A stretch of 64,000 nt of DNA from an uncultured Parasphingorhabdus sp. (GTDB lineage: Bacteria > Pseudomonadota > Alphaproteobacteria > Sphingomonadales > Sphingomonadaceae): assembly GCA_951813595.1 (NCBI GenBank), contig CATOTQ010000003.1:10860-74859 (forward strand), given 5' to 3'. Below are positions 8,987 through 18,258 of the stretch, in pieces. The notes beneath the pieces were generated by a model, which worked only from the letters and a program-made list of their open reading frames with translations, was not told where the DNA came from and searched no databases. Every line of letters begins with the position of its first letter. The first letter of the stretch is position 1. The position numbers and the translations under genes were made by a program.

Positions 8987-10402
8987 ATGGCTACAAAAGC
9001 AAAGGAAGACCAGACGCAGGAATATGCCAATTTCCCCGGGGAATCCGTGCAGGAAATAATCGTAGATGACGTTCGGCAACCGTCTTCGGCTTATAGAGAA
9101 ACATCCTATCATTTCCTTGGAGATGAGGACATTCCCAAGGAGCGGTATCTGGACTATGACTGGCATCGCCAGGAGGTCGAAAAAGTCTGGAAAAAAACGT
9201 GGCAGGTGGCTTGCCGGGAAGAGGATATTCCGAATTCAGGCGACTATTATGTGTACGATGTTGCAGATGATAGCGTTGTTGTCGCCCGCATGCCCGATGG
9301 CGGGATCAAGGCTTATGTGAACGCCTGTTTGCACCGCGGCAATGCACTGTGCACCGGGCAGGGTTCAAAAAAGAATTTCCGCTGTCCCTATCACGGCTGG
9401 ACCTGGAATCTGGAGGGCAAGATTAAATGGATCCCGGGACAATGGGATTTCCCCCATGTCGACAAGGCGGAGTTTGGACTACACGAGCTGCCTGTTGATA
9501 GCTGGGGCGGTTTCATCTTCATAAACCTGGATGAAGATTGTGGGCCGCTTTTGGAATATCTCGAAATATTGCCAGACCATCTCGATGCGGACGAACTCGC
9601 CAACCGCTACAAGGCAGTTCATGTTTCGCAGGTTGTTCCGTGCAACTGGAAGGTAGTGCAGGAAGCTTTTATCGAAGGCTATCATGTTGCTGAAACGCAT
9701 TTCGAAAAAGATGAAAACTACGATGTTCGCGCCGATACTATTGCGGCGTCAAATTGCGACACCGAGATTCAATATGATATCTGGCCAGGCGTTCGCCATA
9801 TTAATCGGCTGATTCAGCTTTCCGGCGTCCCAAGCGGCTATGTTGCGCACAAGCTGAAAAGCGAGCAGGATATTGTTGATATTATGCTTCGCGCTCTGCC
9901 TGAAGAAGCGCGACCAAAGTTGAAGGAAGGGCAAAAAGCGCGCCCTGTGCTGGCAGAATTTAGTCGCAAAGCATTGGGGGCGAGGCACAAGGTAGATTTG
10001 TCGCACATTAGCGACAGCGCGGCTCTGGATCAAATTCAGTATAATATCTTTCCCAATTTCACGATCTGGCCAGCGGTTGCTTCGCCATTGATGTATCGTT
10101 TCCGGCCCTATGGTGATGATCCAAACCAGGCCCTGTTCGAGATTTGGTTTATGTTCCCCAAACCCGGTGATGCCAGTGAATATACAGTTGCCAAAGAGAG
10201 GCGGTTGGGGCCGGATGAGAAATGGGAGGATGTCCCCGAACTTGGCCCTTACGGACCTATTGTTGATCAGGACATGCCCAATCTGGCGACCTTGCAAAAG
10301 GGGCTCCGGACCGCAAGAAAGGGGCTTACACTTGGTAATTATCAGGAAATTAGGGTTCGGCATTTCCACAAGACATTGGAAGAATATCTAGCCGCTGACT
10401 GA
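8987..10402 (+). CDS. Rieske [2Fe-2S] non-haem iron oxygenase, alpha (catalytic) subunit
   Basis: Rieske motif CLHRGNALC...x...FRCPYHGW. Mononuclear iron motif NWKVVQEAFIEGYHVAETH. No beta subunit is adjacent. Confidence 0.9.
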   Translation: MATKAKEDQTQEYANFPGESVQEIIVDDVRQPSSAYRETSYHFLGDEDIPKERYLDYDWHRQEVEKVWKKTWQVACREEDIPNSGDYYVYDVADDSVVVARMPDGGIKAYVNACLHRGNALCTGQGSKKNFRCPYHGWTWNLEGKIKWIPGQWDFPHVDKAEFGLHELPVDSWGGFIFINLDEDCGPLLEYLEILPDHLDADELANRYKAVHVSQVVPCNWKVVQEAFIEGYHVAETHFEKDENYDVRADTIAASNCDTEIQYDIWPGVRHINRLIQLSGVPSGYVAHKLKSEQDIVDIMLRALPEEARPKLKEGQKARPVLAEFSRKALGARHKVDLSHISDSAALDQIQYNIFPNFTIWPAVASPLMYRFRPYGDDPNQALFEIWFMFPKPGDASEYTVAKERRLGPDEKWEDVPELGPYGPIVDQDMPNLATLQKGLRTARKGLTLGNYQEIRVRHFHKTLEEYLAAD

Positions 10403-10436
10403 TCATTCTGATCGCAGTGCATAAGGAGCAAGATTA

Positions 10437-10673
10437 ATGAACGGAACGCCGATTACCATTGGTGATGATTTATGGGATGGCGATGATGAAGGCGTCGTCA
10501 ACACATGGCTCTACGCCGATGGCGCAAACATCAAAGAAGGTGATGTGATCGCTGAAATCATGGTCGAGAAAGTTGAGATGGAGATTGAGGCTCCTGCATC
10601 CGGAACTCTCAAGATTGTGGCCGAGGCCGAAGCGGTGATCGCCAAGGGTTCGGTTATCGGCCATATTGAATAG
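10437..10673 (+). CDS. stand-alone lipoyl-attachment domain protein (E2 N-terminal domain as a separate gene)
   Basis: 78 aa. GDVIAEIMVEKVEMEIEAPASGTLKIV matches the lipoyl/biotinyl hammerhead pattern (E.DK..ME.EAP..G.L). Confidence 0.75.
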   Translation: MNGTPITIGDDLWDGDDEGVVNTWLYADGANIKEGDVIAEIMVEKVEMEIEAPASGTLKIVAEAEAVIAKGSVIGHIE

Positions 10674-10687
10674 CGCGGGCCTTTGCC

Positions 10688-11368
10688 ATGAGCGATATTA
10701 TTAAACTCACGGGCCTGCGCGGCATGGTTGCTCGCAAGATGGCGGCGAGTGTGCAGGAAACCGCTCAGCTATCCTTTCATACCGATGTTGATGCGACAGC
10801 GCTTGTTTCCGCGCGTGCGGCATGGAAAGAATTGGGCAAGAAGGTCGGCTATGAGGATCTGATTATCAATGTCCTGCCTGCACTGGTGGCTCGGTTTCCA
10901 ACGTTTAACGCGATCGAAGAGGAAGATGGCGTCCATCTTAGCAAGGACGTGCACGTGGGATGCGCGATTTCTGTGGGTGATGCATTGATGGTGCCAGTTG
11001 TGCGAGGCTGTCAGGCCAAAAGTGTCGAAGAGATTGCCGCCGCTCGCCGCGATCTGGTTGAGCGTGCGCGTGCCAAGAAACTGGCGGTTTCGGATATGAC
11101 TGGGGGTACGATGACTATTTCCAATCTGGGTCTGACCCGGGTTGACTATTTCTCGCCGATATTAAACCGGCCGCAGCTTGCAATCATTGGCTTGGGGCGG
11201 ATTCGCAAGGCTCCTGTCGTCGATGAAGCGAGCGGTAAAGTGGTGGCGCGGTCAGTGATGGGACTTTCCCTGACGGTGGACCATCGATTGATAGATGGCC
11301 AGCCTGCGGGGGATTTCCTGACTGCGCTGGCAGAGGCGATAGAAACGAATACGAGCCTGCCCGATTGA
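10688..11368 (+). CDS. 2-oxoacid dehydrogenase acyltransferase (E2) catalytic domain only
   Basis: Active-site motif SLTVDHRLIDGQPAGDFL. 226 aa with no lipoyl or subunit-binding domain. Confidence 0.85.
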   Translation: MSDIIKLTGLRGMVARKMAASVQETAQLSFHTDVDATALVSARAAWKELGKKVGYEDLIINVLPALVARFPTFNAIEEEDGVHLSKDVHVGCAISVGDALMVPVVRGCQAKSVEEIAAARRDLVERARAKKLAVSDMTGGTMTISNLGLTRVDYFSPILNRPQLAIIGLGRIRKAPVVDEASGKVVARSVMGLSLTVDHRLIDGQPAGDFLTALAEAIETNTSLPD

Positions 11369-11391
11369 TCGGGCGGCTGGGGAAATCGAAG

Positions 11392-11835
11392 TTACGCTGC
11401 TTTGCCCAATACTGTTTCAATACCGTCGGCAAGCACGTTATATATTCTCAAAATTTCCGTCATTGCGGTCTCGGCATCTTCGTCATTCGCGGTAAACCAT
11501 GTGCTGTGCCAGTTCAGCCTTGAGCTTCCTTTGCCTGTTGCTTCGATCTTCATCGTCGCAGAATAATTGGCTACCGGAAACTGTAATCCCACTGGAACAG
11601 CGTAGGAAAGAGTTCTGGTGGCGACATCTTTTGCCAGAAGAACCTCCCAGACAGGTTCGGCACCCTCAATCTTGAGTATTCTCACGGTTCCGGGAGAACC
11701 ATCGCCGGTAACCTCCAACTTATGCTCTACGAGGAGCCAGTCCAAAGTGCCAAAGTCGCTCAGCAGAGCCCAGACCTTATCCGCTGCAAACTCCATTTCC
11801 CGGATAAAATATGTGTTTTTCACAATTATGTTCAC
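11392..11835 (-). CDS. SRPBCC (START/polyketide cyclase-like) family protein
   Basis: About 147 aa. The pattern FAADKVWALLSDFGTLDWL is typical of the SRPBCC N-terminus. Confidence 0.65.
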   Translation of the reverse strand: MNIIVKNTYFIREMEFAADKVWALLSDFGTLDWLLVEHKLEVTGDGSPGTVRILKIEGAEPVWEVLLAKDVATRTLSYAVPVGLQFPVANYSATMKIEATGKGSSRLNWHSTWFTANDEDAETAMTEILRIYNVLADGIETVLGKAA

Positions 11836-11876
11836 TCCCCGCCTGTTGGATTGAAAATCGGTTTATTCTAAATCTA

Positions 11877-12848
11877 CTATGCGATATATTTGTCGTAGAA
11901 TCGAGCATAATTATCGTAGGTAAACGCGATACCATCCTGACCGACAGGCGTGTTGGGATAGACCTGCTCATGGCCATGCGGGCAGCCTTTATAGAGCTTG
12001 AACGCAACATCCACTCCTTCGGCCTTCAGACTGTCAACATATTCGACTGTTTCCCGGTAAAATGGATCAAAGGTGCCAACAAAGGTAATTGTTGGAGGAA
12101 AATCTCGATAATCAGTGTTCCGGGCCGGTGCTGCATAGGTGGGAATCTCCTCCCCACGTTCATGCAAATCCTTCAGATAACTGCCCCAACCAAAGGCATT
12201 GGCTTTGCTGTCCCAACCGGGCACATCGATGAACCGCTCCGGGTCTGACGGCTGCAAATCGTCAATCATCGGATAGAAAGGCATTTGGAAAGCGATATTC
12301 ACGTCTTTCGTGTCGCGCGCTTTCAATGTGACCGCCGCGGTCAGCCCGCCGCCCGCACTATGCCCGGCAATCATGAACTTGTCAGGATCAATACCAAGCT
12401 CAGCTGCGTTGTCTCGCATCCAGAGCAATGCATCATAGCAATCGTCAAATGCTGCGGGATACGGTTTGACCAGCGCTGTGCGATAGGCGGGGGCCACAAT
12501 CACACACGGTCTACGTTCAATGAAATCGGCAATATGCCCGTCAAATACATCAGGGGACCCGGACACATATCCGCCACCATGCGTATAAAGCATCGGTGGC
12601 AAGTCGCCTGTTTGTGAAACCGGCCGGTATATCTTGAGACGAATCTTCGACTCCCCATCTCGGGTAGGCAGAAACCGTTCTTCGATGCTCACTGTATCCG
12701 GCACTCCACTTTTCAGCATTTTACCCAAAATTGCGTTTGCGAATCCCATTCGGCGCTTCCCCCGGTAAAGGTACTTTCCCATAGTCGCGAACACATACAT
12801 CGGGAACGAACGCAGATCTTGATGGAGCATTCGTCGGATTACTTTCAT
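11877..12848 (-). CDS. alpha/beta hydrolase, hormone-sensitive-lipase-type carboxylesterase
   Basis: Oxyanion HGGGY (LYTHGGGYVSG) and nucleophile elbow GHSAGGGL. Confidence 0.85.
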   Translation of the reverse strand: MKVIRRMLHQDLRSFPMYVFATMGKYLYRGKRRMGFANAILGKMLKSGVPDTVSIEERFLPTRDGESKIRLKIYRPVSQTGDLPPMLYTHGGGYVSGSPDVFDGHIADFIERRPCVIVAPAYRTALVKPYPAAFDDCYDALLWMRDNAAELGIDPDKFMIAGHSAGGGLTAAVTLKARDTKDVNIAFQMPFYPMIDDLQPSDPERFIDVPGWDSKANAFGWGSYLKDLHERGEEIPTYAAPARNTDYRDFPPTITFVGTFDPFYRETVEYVDSLKAEGVDVAFKLYKGCPHGHEQVYPNTPVGQDGIAFTYDNYARFYDKYIA

Positions 12849-13897
12849 GCTTCTTTTGCCTCAGTTTTTCTCTTGCCGTTGCCATTTTGCCGGATCGCAA
12901 TCTCAGAGTCCTCATCGATGTAAGCGAGATCGTAGCGATGACTAAAATGTTGGATTAGCATGTGATTTTGAATCTCCAACACACCATCCTGATTGGCAAT
13001 CTCCCGGCAATGATTTTCAGCAATATTGTGTGACCCGTCGCCATGGGCAATTGCAAGAATGCCATATTCGCCTGATGTCTGCGCGACAAAAACACAGGCT
13101 TCATTGGTGACCAACCAATTTACGACAGTCTCTGTCGCGGCGGGAACGGTCTTGATGCGGATCCAGTCAGTGCTCGACACGCCCACCGCCGCCGGGTTGC
13201 AGACGACGCCTAATCGCAGTTCCTTGTTTTCGAACATTTTTTGCAGCCGCAGGCGAACATTGTTTTCTGAAACATCCAGCCGCCTTGCAATTTCGCGATT
13301 GCTCGTCCGGCCATCAGTCATGAGATAGGCGACTATCTGGTCATCGATCTCCCGGTTACGTTTTGAAGAGGTAGTCTGCGGTAGTTCCGTTGACAAGTTC
13401 CCGACCCCATGCGCGGATTTGGCCACATCTAGCATGAAGTCAGTCGTGATTGACCTTAGTCCGGCAAGGTGATTGATCTCTTCGTTCAATAGTTGATGCA
13501 GATGGGCTTTGCTCCAGGTCCGTATGTTAACGACTAGTTCAGGGCTTCCAGCTGTAAGCGATACATTTATGATACCATCGAGCCGCGATAAATGTCGTGC
13601 GATTGAATCTATCTGGTCAGCCGATACCGACAGATACAGCAGGGCCGTTTCATTATATTTGCCATGATAGATATTGCGTTGTGCTATCACCCGCATGGCG
13701 TTTCGCTTCGACATGGACCGCAGGCGATTGGCGACCGTTGTTTCGGACACGTCTATTGCTTTGGCGATGTGCTTGTTGGAAACCCGAGGATCACTGCGTA
13801 GCAACTGCACAATATTCAGATCGACACCGTCCAACGGTCTAATTTCCGGTTGATACGTCAAACCAACCACGCCCCTTTCTGGTCGTTCCAATAACAA
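12845..13897 (-). CDS. Lrp/AsnC-family regulator with two complete tandem HTH+RAM units
   Basis: Unit 1: LDGVDLNIVQLLRSDPRVSNKHIAKAIDVSETTVANRLRSM. Unit 2: IDDQIVAYLMTDGRTSNREIARRLDVSENNVRLRLQKM. Each is followed by a ~70-aa RAM-like segment. Confidence 0.8.
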   Translation of the reverse strand: MLLERPERGVVGLTYQPEIRPLDGVDLNIVQLLRSDPRVSNKHIAKAIDVSETTVANRLRSMSKRNAMRVIAQRNIYHGKYNETALLYLSVSADQIDSIARHLSRLDGIINVSLTAGSPELVVNIRTWSKAHLHQLLNEEINHLAGLRSITTDFMLDVAKSAHGVGNLSTELPQTTSSKRNREIDDQIVAYLMTDGRTSNREIARRLDVSENNVRLRLQKMFENKELRLGVVCNPAAVGVSSTDWIRIKTVPAATETVVNWLVTNEACVFVAQTSGEYGILAIAHGDGSHNIAENHCREIANQDGVLEIQNHMLIQHFSHRYDLAYIDEDSEIAIRQNGNGKRKTEAKEA

Positions 13898-14142
13898 TTT
13901 TCAATTTGACGACAACCTTCCGTGGCAAAATGAATAATTGTCTTTCAAAAGTGGATATCACATAAATAGAAGCTAAAACAAAGGTGCAATATAAATAAAT
14001 TTCTGCACAATTGACATTATACGAATCTTCGATATTAATCGTCTAATAGATTATGAGGCGTCGAGGCCGGTGGATTCGGTATCGATGAAATCAAGAAGCG
14101 ACTGATGGTCCAACGGTAGCACTTGAAACAGAGGATAATGTC

Positions 14143-15354
14143 ATGACCAAATTGGCAGAAATGGAAATGCCGTATCTCGATGCGCTCTCTCCAGAGTTTT
14201 TGCAGGATCCGCACAGTCATTACGCGAAGGCGCTGGAGGAGTCGTGGATCGCCCGTTTTGACAATGGCGGCTACATGTTGCTCGACTATCAATCCATGAA
14301 GGATTTCCTTGGCAAGGAAGATTTGGCCGTTTCGCCATTCAAGTATTTTATCGAGCAATGGGGTGCGGAAGATTCGTCCTGGGCCAAATTCCAGATGGAT
14401 CACCCCAACTCATTGAGCGGAAAGGATCACATGCGCCTCAAGACGCTGGTCGCGCCGGCATTTACCAAGCGCCAGGCGGATCAGTTCCGGCCTTTGATGC
14501 GTGAGCGGTTTGAGGCGTTGATCGATGAAGTCGTTGATCAAGGGAAATGTGATTTTGCACGGGTCGCTTGTCAATATCCCATCACGGTTGTCAGCATCAT
14601 GCTGGGTGTGCCTTTGGATGATATACCGAAGTTAGAACCATGGCTACTTGCTCTTGTTGAAGGGCAGGGCCAGGCGGCAGAAAAGCTCGGCATGCTGAAC
14701 GAAGCTGTCGAAGGCCTGCTCGAATTTATTCGTCCCGTCATTGCCGATCGCCGCGCCGGCGAGAACAAGGATGATCTGCTTCAGGCGATGATCGACGCGA
14801 CAGATGAAGGAGATCGGCTAACCGACGAGGAGTTGCATCACTTCGTAATCGGCCTGCTCTCCGGCGGGTATGATACCACTATGAACCAGTTGATTCATAC
14901 TACGCAGCGGATGTGCGAAAACCCGGTCGAGTATCAAAAGCTATTGGATAATCCTGAAGAAAGAAAATACGCCTTTATCGAAGAATCGTTGCGCCTTAAA
15001 TGCATGTTCGGCACCACTGCTCGGGCAACAACAGAGGAAGTGGAGTATCGCGGTGTCACAATTCCCAAAAATACCCTGCTCACAATACCTCTGACATTTT
15101 CTGGTCAGGATCCCTCGCAAAATAAATGTCCGGCGGAATTCAATCCTGACCGTGAAACCTCGGTCCATTTGGCTTGGGGACACGGCATTCATTTCTGTCC
15201 GGGTAAACAGGTCGCAATGGCGCTTCTAGAAGAAGCCGTTCCGGTGGTTGCCCAGCGCCTGCGTAATCCGCGCCTGGTCGGAAAACGCGAATATGTAGGG
15301 CCGTTTGGTCCATGGGCTTTGCGGTCAATGCCGATCGAATGGGACCTTGACTGA
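14143..15354 (+). CDS. cytochrome P450 (family A, 403 aa)
   Basis: LLSGGYDTTMN, EESLRL, HLAWGHGIHFCPGKQVA (Trp at the Phe position). Confidence 0.9.
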   Translation: MTKLAEMEMPYLDALSPEFLQDPHSHYAKALEESWIARFDNGGYMLLDYQSMKDFLGKEDLAVSPFKYFIEQWGAEDSSWAKFQMDHPNSLSGKDHMRLKTLVAPAFTKRQADQFRPLMRERFEALIDEVVDQGKCDFARVACQYPITVVSIMLGVPLDDIPKLEPWLLALVEGQGQAAEKLGMLNEAVEGLLEFIRPVIADRRAGENKDDLLQAMIDATDEGDRLTDEELHHFVIGLLSGGYDTTMNQLIHTTQRMCENPVEYQKLLDNPEERKYAFIEESLRLKCMFGTTARATTEEVEYRGVTIPKNTLLTIPLTFSGQDPSQNKCPAEFNPDRETSVHLAWGHGIHFCPGKQVAMALLEEAVPVVAQRLRNPRLVGKREYVGPFGPWALRSMPIEWDLD

Positions 15355-15386
15355 GCTTCGGTCGTAACAGAACAGAGGGAAGTGCA

Positions 15387-16394
15387 ATGACAAACTTCGC
15401 ACCAGAAGGTTTCGATCCTGTCGCTGACATGAATCATCAGAGACCCGATAACACACCCGGTTGGACGGAAAGCTATGCGTTCTGGGCTTATTGGGAGGGT
15501 CGCTATCTATATATGCATTATCAGCGCCACCCAGAGCAGAGCAGCATGTGGCGCGGGCTTGCAGTAGTAAGTGGTGAAGATGGCAGCATCGTTGCCGCGC
15601 ACAGTTTTGGCCGCGAATATTCGCCCTTTGGGCCTGGTTTTGAGCAAATTCACGCCATTTGTGAACGTCCTTTTGAATCCTACAGGGTTGAAGTCGATAC
15701 AATCGGTCAGGTTAGCGATCGTAAAACTGTACGGCAGAACTTTTTGCCGAGCTTGGGCAACGATCTCACCCCGCTTAAGCTGGAACTGCTATTCACTTCG
15801 GTTTCGGAAACATATTCTCCTATCAGAGGTGAGGCAGCGGGCGCCAAGTCGGTGGCGAAGTGGACACATTACACGCCCTGTAAGGTCCATGGCTATGTCA
15901 CAATCGGTGATGAGCGGGTCTATATTGATACCTTGGGATTCCGCGATCATTCATCCGGCGTAAGGTCATTCGAAAAAATGGGCACCGGCTATATGCATAC
16001 GGGTATTTTCCCCAGCGGCCGCAGCTATATGGCGCTTGGCATTCGCAGCCAAGACGATGATGGCAATATGCAATTTGCCTCCATGGGCGGTCTGACAATT
16101 GACGGGAAAGTCTACTACGCCAACAATATCGAGGTTCACGATAACACAATCTGTATCCCTGAGCCTGGTATGGAGCTCGGCCAGCTCAAATTTGAAACTG
16201 ATGCGGGCGAGGCTGTGATCAATCTTAATGTCACAGGCCAGGGCTTTCCACTGACCAATTTGCCGCCATGTTACGAAGCGGTGGGAATGCGACATCAGAA
16301 TGGCGATCTGGTCTATCATGATTGGCGACTGGACATTGAATGGGATGGCGAAAAAGGTATCGGCGGATGGGAGACCTGTGTCCGCTTGGACTAG
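15387..16394 (+). CDS. uncharacterised conserved protein, U-family paralog 2
   Basis: GWTESYAFWAYWEGRYLYMHYQRHPE, GFRDHSSGVRS, RLDIEWDGEKGIGGWE. Close paralog of 36304..37341. Confidence 0.8.
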   Translation: MTNFAPEGFDPVADMNHQRPDNTPGWTESYAFWAYWEGRYLYMHYQRHPEQSSMWRGLAVVSGEDGSIVAAHSFGREYSPFGPGFEQIHAICERPFESYRVEVDTIGQVSDRKTVRQNFLPSLGNDLTPLKLELLFTSVSETYSPIRGEAAGAKSVAKWTHYTPCKVHGYVTIGDERVYIDTLGFRDHSSGVRSFEKMGTGYMHTGIFPSGRSYMALGIRSQDDDGNMQFASMGGLTIDGKVYYANNIEVHDNTICIPEPGMELGQLKFETDAGEAVINLNVTGQGFPLTNLPPCYEAVGMRHQNGDLVYHDWRLDIEWDGEKGIGGWETCVRLD

Positions 16395-16459
16395 GGAATT
16401 TGACGCCGAAGATTTTTGTCGCAGGAAATTTAATTGAATAAGTTGAGAGGGAGAATTTC

Positions 16460-17146
16460 GTGGCCAATGGCCAAATCATCATCGTGAATGGCACTTCGGG
16501 TGCAGGCAAAACCACGACCATCACCAAATTCGCCGAGCGGGCGGACGAAGCTTATATGATGTTCGGCATCGATCAGCTGATGGGGCAGCTTCTGCCAGTG
16601 AAATTTTCGGGTTTCGGTGCCCGTGCGACTGAAGGTATGCATTTTGTCCCGAACGACCCGAATGATCCCGACAGTCCTCTACACGCCGAATTTGGTGACG
16701 TAGCGCAAAAGGCGCTCTCGGCCTTTCATGACATGATCGTCGCAGCATCAAGAGCCGGGCAAAATGTGATTGCTGACCACATCATGTTTCTCGAACCTCC
16801 TGTCTTGCAGGACTGCATCTGGCGATTGAAAGATGTTCCGGTGCTCTATGTTGCCGTAAAGCCGCCCCGCGAAATACCGATTGCCCGTCAAGCGACCCGT
16901 GAGGTCGATTTACCTGAGCAATATGCCGAAGAGCTTGGCGAGGATGCGCGCAAGGAAATCGCGAGAAGCATGGAGCGGATGGCCGGTTGGTTCTATGACG
17001 CAGCATATGAAAATGACTGTTATGATCTGGTCATTGATTCAGACAAATATAGCCCCGATGAGGTTTGTGAACAAATCGAGCAGCGCCTTGCAGAAGGCCC
17101 AGGTACAGCCTTTCAAACATTGCGCGATCAGTACCCGAAGGCATAG
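16460..17146 (+). CDS. P-loop kinase, chloramphenicol-phosphotransferase-like (CPT) family
   Basis: GTG start. IIIVNGTSGAGKTTTITKFAE Walker A at the extreme N-terminus; ~228 aa, a CPT-like layout. Confidence 0.6.
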   Translation: MANGQIIIVNGTSGAGKTTTITKFAERADEAYMMFGIDQLMGQLLPVKFSGFGARATEGMHFVPNDPNDPDSPLHAEFGDVAQKALSAFHDMIVAASRAGQNVIADHIMFLEPPVLQDCIWRLKDVPVLYVAVKPPREIPIARQATREVDLPEQYAEELGEDARKEIARSMERMAGWFYDAAYENDCYDLVIDSDKYSPDEVCEQIEQRLAEGPGTAFQTLRDQYPKA

Positions 17147-17160
17147 GCGAGGATATTAAT

Positions 17161-18258
17161 ATGGCTGACGACACGAAACTGGATGCTGCCTTCGAATCTC
17201 AGACGATGGCGCTGAAGCCAGACTTCAAAGAGATCACCCCAGACAGCATCGCTGCGCTGCTGAAAGATCACTATGGCGATGGCAGCCAGATCGAGTTGAC
17301 CGATGTGCAGGGCGGCAGCGAAATGTCTGGCATGTCGAGCGGCATTGTCATCTTCGATGCGAAGATTGGCGGCGAGGCAGCAGAGTTCGTTCTTCGTTAT
17401 GCGCCGCTCAACAATCCGGGACGGATCTTTGCCGAATATAATATCGAAGGTCAGTATCACCTGCACGGAGTTCTCAACGAAGCGGGGCTTCCTGTGCCTA
17501 GATCGGTGTGCTGCGATGCAGCGGGCGAAATTCTCCCGCTTCCCGGCTTCATCATGAATCGGGTTGAAGGACGAGCTCCTGACAATCCCGCTTACACGAG
17601 CGGAATTTTCGCCGAGGCCACCCCAGAACAGCGCGATTCCTACCGAGATGATACGTTGAAAGCGCTGGACCAATTACACAATCTCGATTGGCAAAAGCTG
17701 GGATTGGAGCGCTTTTGCAGCCTAGCCGATGAGGGGAAGACCCTGATCGAGCGCCATCTCAACTGGTTCTGGAAAACCGCACAATGGTCAGGGCTCGACC
17801 CCCAATCTCTCTCGCGGATTGAGCGGCTCAAGCAATGGCTTATCGCCAATGATCCGAACTATCACCGCGACGATATGACGATGACGCATGGCGATTCCAA
17901 CCTTGCGAATTACATGTTTAATGATGGCAAGTTGGTAGCAATGCTTGATTGGGAGATCGCAGCAATCGCCCAGCCTGCATTGGATGTGCTCGGGCAGTGC
18001 GATTTTATCGACTATTGCCGCAGCATCTCTCCTCCCGAAGTTCAGCAAATCATTCCCAGCCGCGAATCCTGGATCGCGCGCTACGAAGAAATTTCGGGCA
18101 AACGCCTTAGGGATATGGAGTATTTTGAGAGATTGCGCGGATATACCGGTCTTGTGATCATGACATCAATTCTGCGTTCGATCCCGAAAGAGCATCAGGA
18201 GACCTATTCGACTGTCCTCGAACCGCTTTGGGCGCATGCGGATGCGGTTACCACTTGA
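17161..18258 (+). CDS. aminoglycoside-phosphotransferase-fold (APH/ACAD10-LvaA-like) small-molecule kinase
   Basis: Catalytic loop MTHGDSNLANYMF followed by LDWEIAAIAQP (the HGD..N ... DWE pattern). Confidence 0.8.
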   Translation: MADDTKLDAAFESQTMALKPDFKEITPDSIAALLKDHYGDGSQIELTDVQGGSEMSGMSSGIVIFDAKIGGEAAEFVLRYAPLNNPGRIFAEYNIEGQYHLHGVLNEAGLPVPRSVCCDAAGEILPLPGFIMNRVEGRAPDNPAYTSGIFAEATPEQRDSYRDDTLKALDQLHNLDWQKLGLERFCSLADEGKTLIERHLNWFWKTAQWSGLDPQSLSRIERLKQWLIANDPNYHRDDMTMTHGDSNLANYMFNDGKLVAMLDWEIAAIAQPALDVLGQCDFIDYCRSISPPEVQQIIPSRESWIARYEEISGKRLRDMEYFERLRGYTGLVIMTSILRSIPKEHQETYSTVLEPLWAHADAVTT

